Assembly (NCBI RefSeq): GCF_006345805.1 | Contig: NC_042997.1 | Location: 14,570,001 to 14,634,000 of the forward strand | Length of the DNA: 64,000 nt | Origin: Octopus sinensis | Taxonomy: Eukaryota | Reading direction: 5' to 3' | Part shown: positions 39,580-51,493 of the stretch, one piece after another | Layout: each line of letters starts with the position of its first letter | Numbering within the stretch: the first letter of the stretch is position 1 | Position numbers and translations under genes: made by a program | The notes under the pieces: model-generated | What the model saw: only the letters and a program-made list of their open reading frames with translations | Databases searched by the model: none | Told to the model about the DNA's origin: nothing

Positions 39580-39610
<31 letters not shown>

Positions 39611-40275
39611 CATATATATGATGGGCTTCTTTCAGTTTCCGTCTACCAAATCCACATACAAGGCTTTGGTCAGCCCGAGGCTATAGTAGAAGACACTTGC
39701 CCAAGGTGTCCCGCTGTGGGACTGAACCCAGAACCATGAGGCTGGTAAGCAAGCTACATACCACACAGCCAATCCTGCACCTATAACTTACCACACAGCC
39801 TTTAATTTCTAATCATTTGCTCTCTTTAACTTCAATTTTATATATTCATTTACATGGTGGTGCTCCAGCATGACCACAGCTGCATGGCTGAAATGAGTAA
39901 AAGAGTATGTACATCAATAGGTGCAGGTGTGGTTGTGTGGTTAAATAGCTTGCTTCCTAATCTTGTAGTCTCATGTTCAATCCTGCTACATAGCATCTTG
40001 GACAAGTGTCTTCTACTATAGCCCAAAGCCAAATAAAGGTTTTGTGAATGGATTATGAGAATGAAAGCCCATCATGTACATATTCATATACATGCACACA
40101 TACCCACATATGTGTATGTGTGTACATACATACATTCTCTCTCTCTCTCAGAGAGAGAGCAATAAGAAAATGGAAGGGATCAATAGGTGGCATTCAACTT
40201 TTAGACATTATTTTATGTCAATTTATTTATTTACTAAAAGGACAACTTTAACAATATACATATATGTATAACATA

Positions 40276-40668
40276 CTAGCAGTATCGCCTGGCGTTGCTC
40301 GGGTTTGTTTCGACCCTTTAGAATTGGAATTTTTGAAAAGTAAAAATTTCGGATTATGTAGCTTGTTATTCTCTTTAAGTGAACATTTTTCTGGTTGAAA
40401 TACACCGAAAAATGGCAACACAGCAGTCAAAAAATCGTAAAAAAATAGGTATTTTCATAGAAAAAAAGCAACTTTTTGATGTAAATAATTTTTGGTGTTA
40501 ACATTGTCCGATTTGAAATTTTTCTTCTACGGTAGGAAGAGCAAGCCTTCTTCTATCATACTCTCAATTTTGGTCAACTTGCGCCGCAGGGTCTCGGAGG
40601 AGATAGTGTTAGTTGAAGGCTACCAAACCTGCCATACACAGACAACTTCAGCTTTATATATAGAGAGA
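40276..40668 (-). mobile_element. Non-autonomous Helitron, 393 bp
   Basis: Minus strand A|TCTCTCTATATATAAAGCTG...CCCGAGCAACGCCAGGCGATACTGCTAG|T. Confidence 0.85.
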
Positions 40669-41312
40669 TTATGCTTTACATATATAATATATAAAATATA
40701 AAAATATCAGTAATTATTAGAATATATAACTTATAGCAATAGAAATTGGGATAATATCATACAGTTGTTTCACCCAGAGACAAAAATATCTCATTCTACT
40801 TTTATCCTTCCAGTGGACTGAAGTAATTAGTAGATGAAATTGAGGTACTTGGGTGTTTCTCTAGGCTTCGTCAGAGATTTTAGAAAGTACATAAGGTTAA
40901 GTTATAAATATAAATACACACACATATACATACTTTTACATCTTCATAAATATACATAAATACATATACCTACATTTAAATGTACATCCATACGTGCATG
41001 TATATGCATACAAATGAATTAGTTATTATTATTATTAGATGCATTATATTATTCATATTAGATAAAATATAAACAGAGGTATGAGAAAATTATAAGAGGA
41101 CTAATATTGTAATTTTCAATAAATAGTCAACAGGAAGGAGTACATTTAGCCGGCTATCTAATAAACACTACACATGTTTCGATACAATATAGATCCACAT
41201 ATATACAGGATTTAAATTAAGCAACAGTTTACCTGTATAATGAGATCTAGTTGTATCTTCTCAGGTGATATATAATTGCTGTACCCATAAGGAAATCTTT
41301 GACTTGATGCCA

Positions 41313-41361
<49 letters not shown>

Positions 41362-42045
41362 ATGTATATATATATATATAGCGTTGGCCAAAAGTTACCC
41401 GACAGTAAATCAAAATTCCTTAAATACTTAATATTCAATTTTATTTATTCATTGCAATTATGAATGTTTAATAATTGAATGTTGTGAGTTAAAATTCACC
41501 GGTTTTTTTTTTGGTTTTTTTTCAACATTTGTCTATTTATTAGCAAACTTTCATATAAAATAATTTTTTGTTTTAATCTTGGAATTAAGCATAGTTTACA
41601 ACTTCTTAAAAAGAACATTTAAAAAAACGTAAGTTCTGGATATAATCATCATCATCATCATCATTTAATATCCATTTTCCATGCTGGTTTAGGTTGGGCA
41701 GTTTGACATGACATGATTCAAGAAGCTGCAGAGCTGCATCAGGCCCAAATCTCAGCTTTGGTATAGTTTCTATGACTGGATCCTTCCTAACACCCACCAC
41801 TTTACTGTGTGTACTGAGTGCTTTTTACATGACACCAGCACTAGTAAGGTCTCCAAATAAGCTGCAAAACAAAGGAAAAAGGAAACAAATTCCCCTCTAT
41901 CAAGTAGGAGTGTATTTGAAAGAAAGAGAGATGGCTTTACATCAGGTTTTAAAAGCTTAAGTATGATAGACATATAAGCGAGCACAGGTGTCTTGCTAGA
42001 GGAGATACATGGCTGGACAGGAAGTTCATAGCTGGAGTACTTTTA

Positions 42046-42430
42046 GAGAGGAAGTACTCCGTCGGTTACGACGACGAGGGTTCCGGTTGATCCGATCAAC
42101 GGAACAGCCTGCTCATGAAATTAACGTGTAAGTGGCTGAGCACTCCACAGACACGTGTACCCTTAACGTAGTTCTCGGGGATATTCAGCGTGACACAGAG
42201 AGTGACAAGGCCGGCCCTTTGAAATACAGGTACAACAGAAACAGGAAGTAAGAGTGAGAGAAAGTTGTGGTGAAAGAGTACAGCAGAGATCACCACCATC
42301 CCTGTCGGAGCCTCGTGGAGCTTTAGGTGTTTTCGCTCAATAAACACTCACAACGCCTGGTCTGGGAATCAAAACCGCGATCCTACGACCGAGAGTCCGC
42401 TGCCCTAACCACTGGGCCATTGCGCCTCCA
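42046..42430 (-). mobile_element. tRNA-derived SINE family 3 (tggaggcgcaatggcccagtggttag head) with 14 bp TSD
   Basis: ctggagtactttta at 42032-42045 and 42431-42444. Near-full copy at 56211-56593(+); partial or related copies at ~29860-30120, 45400-45700, 55489-55800. Confidence 0.88.
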
Positions 42431-42783
42431 CTGGAGTACTTTTATCATGAGACTGTCTACAATCAGAGCTGACTAATTTTAATGGGTTTTTTCTTTCTTT
42501 CTTTTTTTTTTTTACTGAAAATTAATAATAATCAGAAAGATCCCCAGGTTTATACCAGAGGTAAAGAGAATAGGAGATTAGGACATTTATGCCTTTCTCA
42601 AGAATATTAGCATTTCAGGAAATAATATTGTTAGCTTTTACCTTTGCTAAAATATTAACTTTTGTACATGTGATTTAAAATTATGATTGAGTATGAAGAA
42701 TATTTGGAGTAAGTTGTAATATTTCAGTTTTTTTAACAAGGTATAAACATTTCAGAGAATAAATGTATGTATCTTTTCACAAA

Positions 42784-42861
42784 CAGGGTGGGCCAAAAGC
42801 CACACCATCATTTAAAGTATAAATATGTATTAAATGATAGTGTGACTTTTGACCCACTTTG
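42784..42861. mobile_element. Tiny Tc1-like MITE, 78 bp
   Basis: 32 bp imperfect TIRs cagggtgggccaaaagccacaccatcatttaa / ttaaatgatagtgtgacttttgacccactttg; TA on the right side only. Confidence 0.65.
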
Positions 42862-44495
42862 TACATGTGTCATATATATGAGGCCTCATGGAACTGTTAT
42901 TATAAATATAAATGAAGTAGGGTTTCTTCAGAGGAACTCCATTTTGGTCACTTGTATTTACAATCATAGATCATAGTGATCAAAAGGGTATGATCATGAG
43001 TATCAGGAACCAAAATAGGATTCCTCACTCAATGGAGTGCATAGCTCAGAAATCAGAGAGTTGCTCCTTGTTGAGGTATTTCTCCCATTGAAAGTTTACA
43101 GCTCTGGTACCACAGGTTGTCTGAGGAAAGAATCACAGGGCAGATTTTTATGAATGAGGCCAACTGGTAGGAGACCGAGGGGAAAATCACAAGTGAGATG
43201 GCTGAATAATATTCATAACCTTGGTTGGTTCCAGTTGGGAATCATGTTGGAACATTTATTAATCATTGCTTCTGACAGACTCTGAATGACTTATCAAAGG
43301 ACACTGCTCTGATGACACTCACAGGAATAATGGGATATGAAGATGGATAGATGAATAGTTGAATGAATGGATGGATAGATAAATGAAGTGAAATTACTTT
43401 AAGAACTAAAGCATGATCATTGACTTGGTACAGCAGTAGCTTAAATCTCTAATGTAGCACTTATCATTAGATTGACACAAATATCGATCACCCTTAATTA
43501 AACACAAGATCACTTTGTCAAGGATGGTTACAGTTATTGAATTTATCCTTGTATCATTGTCATCATCATCATTTTTGTGCTTCATGCCGATTGCTAGTAA
43601 AGAGGTTGAATAGAAAAATTATGAACAACAAAATGGGGAAGACTGGATAATTGGAGGTAGAAAGGGTGATGGAAGAATGAGTACTGGAAATAAGAGAAAA
43701 TTATGGGAAAGGAAGTATGATTTGGCTGGAAGAGAGAGAGATAGAGAGAGATTTGATGGTGTTTTATGACTGATTGCATTTCCTGAAGCCAACCCTTTTA
43801 GATGCCTCTTACAAAGTTAAGAACATGCTAAACCTATTCTAAAAATCAGAATGCACAGGCACAGGAGTGGCTGTGTGGTAAGTAGCTTACTTACCAACCA
43901 CATGGTTTCGGGTTCAGTCCCACTGCATGGCACCTTGGGCAAGTGTCTTCTACTATAGCCTCGGGTCGACCAAAGCCTTGTGAGAGAATTTGGTAGATGG
44001 AAACTGAAAGAAGCCTATCGTATATATGTATATATATATATATATATGTATGTATGTGTGTGTATATGTTGTGTATCTGTGTTTGTCCCCCCCAACATCG
44101 CTTGAAAACCGATGCTGGTGTGTTTACGTCCCTATAACTTAGCAGTTCGGCAAAAGAAACTAATAAAATAAGTACTAGGCTTACAAAGAATAAGTCCTGG
44201 TGGCGATTTGATTCAACTAAAGGCGGTGCTCCAGCATGGTCGCAGTCAAATGACTGAAGCAAGTAAAAGAATAAATAATATTTTATTAGCATTTCTGTTA
44301 TTTATTCCAAGGGAATGACTAGCTACTTTGAATATGGTGGGATTTGAACTTAGGACAAAAGAAGATCAAATTAAATGCTTTAATACATTTACTATATCAC
44401 CCTGTTATCTGAAATTTATTTTTGCTCTTTCATCTAAAAAATATTTTCAAAATAATTGTTAAAGATTTTTACATTTTGACATTTTTCTTTTACAG

Positions 44496-44689
44496 TGCTT
44501 GATTCTTATGGGAAGCCACCAAGTGGGATTCTTGAAGGAGACTTCACATTTCCTGGTTCTTTTGATGAATGTAACTCTGCAAAAGTAGCTATTCCTGCCA
44601 ACTCAACAGAATTTATGCTTCAGCCTTTCAAACCAAAATACTGCCAAGTCATCTTTCCAATCAAAGCACTCACAAGTATGAATGATATG
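44496..44689 (+). CDS. nrf-6-like: Gene B exon 2 (NRF domain core)
   Basis: cttttacag acceptor; A+TG restores Met, giving WALQMLDSYGKPPSGILEGDFTFPGSFDEC (NRF-domain signature) ...YCQVIFP...SMNDM|gtatgt, phase 0. Confidence 0.93.
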
Positions 44690-45133
44690 GTATGTAGTCA
44701 TCAAGTTAAAATAATCTATACTCTTTTACTTGTTTCAGTCATTTGACTGTGGCCATGCTAGAGCACTGCCTTTAGTCGAGCAAATCGACCCCAGGACTTA
44801 TTCTTTGTAAGTGTAAGCCTAGTACTTATTCTATCGGTCTCATTTGCTGAACCGCTAAGTTACGGGGATGTAAACACACCAGCATCGGTTGTCAAGCGAT
44901 GTTGGGGGGGACGAACACAGACACACAAATGTATACACACACATACACATATATAAATATATATGATGGGCTTCTTTCAGTTTCCGTCTACCAAATCTAC
45001 TCTCAAAGCTTTGGTCAGCCTGAGGCTATAGTAGGAGATACATGCCCAAGGTGCCACGCAGTGGGACTGAACCCGGAACCATGTGGTTCATAAGCAAGCT
45101 ACTTACCCACACAGCCACTCCAATTTTCATTAA

Positions 45134-45353
45134 CCCTTTAACATATAAACCAGCCACATCCAACCCAAATGTTCTACCTGTTTTATGCTCAGACCGACCA
45201 GATCCAGCTTCTCACACCTACCCTGTAATGTCATTCTAAAAATATTCAATCACATCACTGAAATCTCTAAGCTACAAGATAATGCATGATGCATTCAAAG
45301 TAATGTGAATGTAAAAGCATCACATTTGATTGAGAAATCTGAATGCTAAAGGA
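45134..45353. mobile_element. Degenerate piggyBac-type MITE
   Basis: TTAA-ccctttaacat ... atgctaaagga-ttta. Confidence 0.55.
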
Positions 45354-46730
45354 TTTATGAATCTTTATTATATTATTTGCTTTTCTATATTTCTGTGTGT
45401 GGAGGTGCAATGGCCCAGTGGTTAAGGAAACGGGCTCGCGGTCGTAGGATCGCGGTCTCGATTCCCAGACCGGCCGTTGTGAGTGTTTATTGAGCGAAAA
45501 CACCTAAAAGCTCCACGAGGCTCCGACAGGGGGTGGTGATCCCTTCTGTACTCTTTCTCACACTCTTTCCTCTGTTGGCCTGCTCGCTTAGCCAGCGGGG
45601 TAGCGTCATTCGAAGGCTAAAACAATGCGAACGCATTGTGACCAGCGGTGTGTAACTACATCTGATGGACTGGTCGGTCACATGATGGGTCACGTGATAT
45701 TTCTATGTATTTACTTTAAGAACTGGAAGGATTGAATCATCATCATCCTTTCTATTTTTTTTCTTTACATCTACATTTACCATGCTGGTGGCACATAAAA
45801 AGCACCATAGAGCGTAGTTGATGCCAGTGCCGCCTGACTGGCTCCCGTGCTGGTGGCATGTAAAAAGCACCATGCAAACGTGGTCGATGCCAGTGCCACC
45901 TGACTGGCACCCATGGTGGTGGCATGTAATATGTACCATTTGAACATGGTTGATGCCTATGCCGCCTGACGGGCTCCTGTGCCAGTGGTCAGTGGTCAAT
46001 GCCAGTGCTCTATGGATGGATGAGGAGAGATGTGTGAAGAAGTGACACTCCCAAACAGTTGAAGGAATCCGAAGTAGAGGTAGGCCCAGGAAGAAATGAG
46101 ATGGGGTGGTGAAGCATGACCTTCGAACGCTGGGCGTCACAGAGGCATTGACGAAAGACCGAGACCTCTGGAGATATGCTGTGACTGCAAAGACGGGCAA
46201 ATAAAGTGAGTTCACAGCTGTATCCTACACCAGTTTTGCATAACCACCCCCAGCCCATTCAAAAGTACCTTGGATCATAGAGCAACCTGCTGTGCTTGAG
46301 AAGACCTATAGAGTCAAGTACATCAACATCAAAATGAAAATCAAGTGGAAATTGTAGTTGTGATACTTGTGCCGATGGCACGTAAAAAGCACCATCTGAA
46401 TGTGACCAATACCAGCACCGCCTTGACTGGCTTCCATGCTGGTGGCATATAAAAAGCCATTGCCAGCCTCCTCTGGCCCCTGTGCTGGTGGCACATAAAG
46501 AGCACCAACTACACTCATGGAGTTCTTGGCATTAGGAAGGGCATCCAGCTATAGAAACACTGCCAGATCAGACTGGATCCTGGTGTTCAGCTGGTATTTA
46601 TTTCACCAACCCCAAAAGGATGAAAGGCAAAGTCCACCTTGGTGGAATTTGAACTCAGAACATAATGGCAGACAAAATACTGCTGAGCATTTTGCCTGGT
46701 GTGCTAACTATTCTGCCAGCTTGCCACTTG

Positions 46731-46769
<39 letters not shown>

Positions 46770-47306
46770 GATGATCCTCCTCCTCTTCCTCCATCAACCC
46801 CAGTACTGAGCTGGTACTTATTTTATTGACCCCGAAAGGATGAAAGGCAAAGTCGACCTTGCCAGAGTTTGAACTCAAGACGTAGAAATGGATGAAATAT
46901 CACTAAGCATTTTTCCTGGTGTGCTAACAAGTCTGCCAGCTCGGTGCCTTAATAATAATAATAATAATAATAACAACAACAACAACAACAACAACAATAG
47001 TAATAAAAAAAAGATTATCGGAAGGGTTTTGAGCTCTTGAACGATTACTGAAATCTTGTGGTTATCTAAGGTTACAAGAAGTAACCTGCTACCCACATAA
47101 ATTCTACCAGGAATAAGACCATATATGAGTTGAGTCAAATAATAATAATATGTTGATGATTGTTGTTGTTTTTTAAGATAATAAGAAAAAAATATAGGAA
47201 TTATAAGAGAGAGATAAATGAAATCATAAGTGATATGTACTCTACTTAAGTAGAGTCAACATCGATCAAAAGGTTAATTTGAGAAATTTTAGTTTAATTA
47301 TATATA

Positions 47307-47762
47307 CTAGCTATTTTGACCCCGTGCTTCATTCGGGTTTTGGTGGTGGTGTTGTTTTGTGCGTGTTGTCTCCTTTCCCCTTTCTTCTTTTGTTTGTCTT
47401 CTTTGTCTGGTTCCTTTTATTGCCCTCTTCTTAACCCCGCTTTCCAAAATCCCCCAAATTTTTACACCCACAATTAAAGATAACCACCTCTAGCCCCTGC
47501 AACAACACAAAAAGCCACCATTATTCAAACAGCGCAACCTGTCTATCCCATAAGACTCAATTTTTCCCATATTCTTCACCATGGCAACCAAGCGGTAGCC
47601 CCGAGTGACTTGCAACCCTTCTCACACCATTGCCCACCCCAGTGTAAATTTTCACGCCAATCCAACCCCATCTACAGATCCTTAAACCGTTCCCATCCCA
47701 AAATGAGACAAATAACCAAGAAATCAAACAACTTTTTCGCATTTCAGCTTTATAGATATTGA
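47307..47762 (-). mobile_element. Non-autonomous Helitron, divergent subfamily
   Basis: Minus strand A|TCAATATCTATAAAGCTGAAATG...cccg/cggg hairpin...CTAG|T. Confidence 0.7.
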
Positions 47763-48220
47763 TGGGAGTGAGCTTCTGCTTCTTTAGTTGAAGTTTCAAT
47801 GTAGCTTTCACAAGGTGGTGATCTGCTCCTACATTGGTTCCTTAACAGGTTTGAACATCGATGCTTCCAATGAGCATTAATGCTAACAACATTAGTTTCA
47901 TAGTAGGTGTTCCCATCAGATGATCACCATGTCTATTTATATAGATTGTTTTGTGTAGGAAATAGATGTAGCTGGCGAAAAAGTTGTTTATGTTACAGAA
48001 CAATATCAGGCATTCTTCAATTTCACTGCTTTCTTTATTTGATTCAACAATCAGTTCAATGTCATTTTCTGCTGATCTTCATATTGATGTCACAAATAAG
48101 TATCCTGACATGAAGGCATGCGGCCAAGTGGTTACAGTATTCAACTCACAATAATAAGGCTGTGAGTTCCATTCCCAGCAGCATGCTGTATCCTTGAGCA
48201 AGACTTTTTATTTCACATTA

Positions 48221-50002
48221 TGGGCTTCTTTCAGTTTCTTATTTCTTTACTGCCTACAAGGGGCTACACACAGAGGGGACAAACAAGGACAGACAAATGG
48301 ATTAAGTTGATTATATCGACCCCAGTGCATAAATGGTACTTATTTAATCGACCCCGAAAGGATGAAAGGTAAAGTCGACCTTGGTGGTATTTGAACTCAG
48401 AACGTAATGGCAAACGAAATACCGCTAAGCATTTCACCCGGCGTGCTAACGTTTCTGCCAGCTCGCTGCCTTTCAGTTTCTTTCAGTCTCTGTCAACCAA
48501 ATCCACTTTGGTTGGCCGAGGCTATAGTAGAAGATACTTGCCCAAGGTGCCATGCAGTGGGACTGAACCCGGAACCATGTGGTTGGTAAGCAGGCTACTT
48601 ACCACACAGCCACTCCTACACCTATATGTGTATATATATTATGAATTTCATATTGGTTGGACATAAGCGTTCACCTAACAGCTTATTCAACCAAAGGTTG
48701 GTTGAATAAGTCATTATGCGAAACATTTAAGTCCAGTCAACATGAATTTTATTATAAAACTAGCAGTATCGCCTAGCGTTGCTCAGGTTTGTAAGGGAAA
48801 TAACTATAAAGCATTTTTAGAGAGTTATAGCCAAAAAATAGCAAAAAAATGGAAAAAAAATGATGGTAAATTTTTTTTGAGAGTTAAAAAAGGTGGAGTT
48901 GCGTCCCCTAGACGGTCTGTGGTTTGGGTTTCTGATTCTCGACCCCATGTCAAATTTATCGATTTTTTTCAGAACTGGGGGAACTTTTCACAATTTTCGC
49001 TGCGTTAGTTTTGAATTATGACATTGGGCTATGTGTGTGTCAAGTTTCATCAGAATCGGTTGAAAGCCGTGGTCAGAGTGAGGGTACGAGAAAACAGACA
49101 CACAGAAAACGCACCGACAAACTGCCGTTTATATAGAGAGAGATCTGATTCTACTTTCAGTTTTGAGTCACATATTACCTTACATGAGAACACGCAAGGG
49201 TTTGATGCAGGAAGGACATCTACCTGTAGAAAAATCTATCTCAACATATTCTGTCTGGTTCACGTAAACATGGGAAAGTAGACGTTAAAATTATGATGAT
49301 ACACATACACTCACACACACACATACACACACACACACATACTGACACGCACACACACACACATGCACATACACATGTATATGTATGTGTGTGTTGTTTT
49401 TTAATTTGTAAATTAAATTAGATCACATGAATAAACTAATTTGGTTGAATTGGCCTTTTGGTCTGTTGGTTTTTGGTTCGTTAGCACCCGAGAGTAATCC
49501 TTATCATCACGTTTCATTTTCATTATCTTTCTACCTATCTTTCTCCTCCTCTTCTTCATTATCAATTTAAAACTTCGCAGTATTTTCAGATGTGTGTGTG
49601 TGTGTGTGTGTGTAGTATGAAGTTCAACAAGTAACACTTGATCATTTAAGATAGTATGGATATTATTAAAATAATACTGTTAAAAAGCCTTTAGAAATAC
49701 AGCTAGCCTGGGTTTCCTGGTTGAAATATTAATTCATTTTGCCATTTGTCAGGCTGGCATAAACAAGAAAATTTAGTAAATGTGTTTGAAATAACTGAGC
49801 TTTGATTTTGTATGTACATTTAGAAATGTACAGTGCAGGAGTGGCTGTGTGGTAAGTAGCTTGCTAAACAACCACATGGTTCCAGGTTCAGTCCCACTGC
49901 GTGGCATCTTGGGCAAGTGTCTTCTGCTATAGCCCCGGGCCGACCAATGCCTTGTGAGTGGATTTGGTAGACGGAAACTGAAAGAAGCCTGTCGTATATA
50001 TG

Positions 50003-50035
<33 letters not shown>

Positions 50036-51416
50036 TTGTGTGTCTGTGTTTGTCCCCCTAGCATTGCTTGACAACCGATCCTGGTGTGTTTACATCTCCG
50101 TCACTTAGCGGTTCGGCAAAAAGAGACTGATAGAATAAGTACTGGGCTTACAAAGAATAAGTCCTGGGGTCGATTTGCTCGACTAAAGGCGGTGCTCCAG
50201 CATGGCCGCAGTCAAATGACTGAAACAATTAAAAGAGTAAAGAGTAAAGAGTAATATCACAGAGCGATCCAGAGGGGATAATTAACTGCACAGGAAATAT
50301 AAGCTGTGTTTTACAAGAATAAAAGGTTAGATAAACCAACACTAGAATGGGCTATGGTGTGTTTGGTGGGTAATCCTTAATTACTGCTATGATGAATTTT
50401 GTAAAATATGAACATGAAGCAGGAGTGGCTGTGTGGTAAGTAGCTTGCTTACCAACCACAGAGTTCCAGGTTCAGTCCCACTGCGTGGCAACTTGGGCAA
50501 GTGTCTTCTACTATAACCTCAGGCAATCAAAGCCTTGTGAGTAGATTTGGTAGACGGAAACTAAAAGAAGCCCGTCATGTATATGTATATGTGTGTGTGT
50601 TTGTCCCCCCAACATCGCTTGACAACCAATGCTGGTGTGCTAAGGTCCCCGTAACTTAGCGGTTTGGCAAAAGAGACCGATAGAATAAGTACTAGGCTTA
50701 CAAAGAATAAGTCCTAGGGTCGATTTGCTTGACTAAGCCTAGTACTTATTCTATCGGTCTCTTTTGCCAAACCGCTAAGTTACGGGGACCTAAACACACC
50801 AGCATTGGTTGTCAAACGATGTTGGGAGGACAAACACAAACACACACACATATACATATATGTATATATGACGGGCTTCTTTTAGTTTCCGTCTACCAAA
50901 TCCACTCACAAGGCTTTGATTGCCTGAGGTTATAGTAGAAGACACTTGTCCAAGTTGCCATGCAGTGGGACTGAACCTGGAACTCTGTGGTTGGTAAGCA
51001 AGCTACTTACCACACAGCCACTCCTGCTTCATGTTCATATTTTACAAAATTCATCATAGCAGTAATTAAGGATTACCCACCAAACACACCATGGCCCATT
51101 CTAGTGTTGGTTTATCTAACCTTTTATTCTTGTAAAACACAGCTTAAATTTCCTGTGCAGTTAATTATCCCCTCTGGATCGCTCTGTGATATTACTCTTT
51201 ACTCTTTTACTTGTTTCAGTCATTTGACTGCGGCAAGCTGGAGCACCGCCTTTAGTCGAGCAAATCGACCCCGGGACTTATTCTTTGTAAGCCCAGTACT
51301 TATTCTATCGGTCTCTTTTTGCCGAACCGCTAAGTGACGGAGATGTAAACACACCAGGATCGGTTGTCAAGCAATGCTAGGGGGACAAACACAGACACAC
51401 AAACACACACACATAC

Positions 51417-51493
<77 letters not shown>

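Noticed and set aside
42350-42430. tRNA genes (also heads at ~45400, ~55490, ~56211 and SINE families 1 and 2)
   Set aside because: The tRNA-like A/B boxes continue directly into SINE bodies, and 42046-42430 has a TSD; these are retroposon heads.
47250-47268. 18 bp palindrome actctacttaagtagagt and similar short hairpins (e.g. ~48685-48712)
   Set aside because: Short and isolated in AT-rich sequence, with no supporting context.
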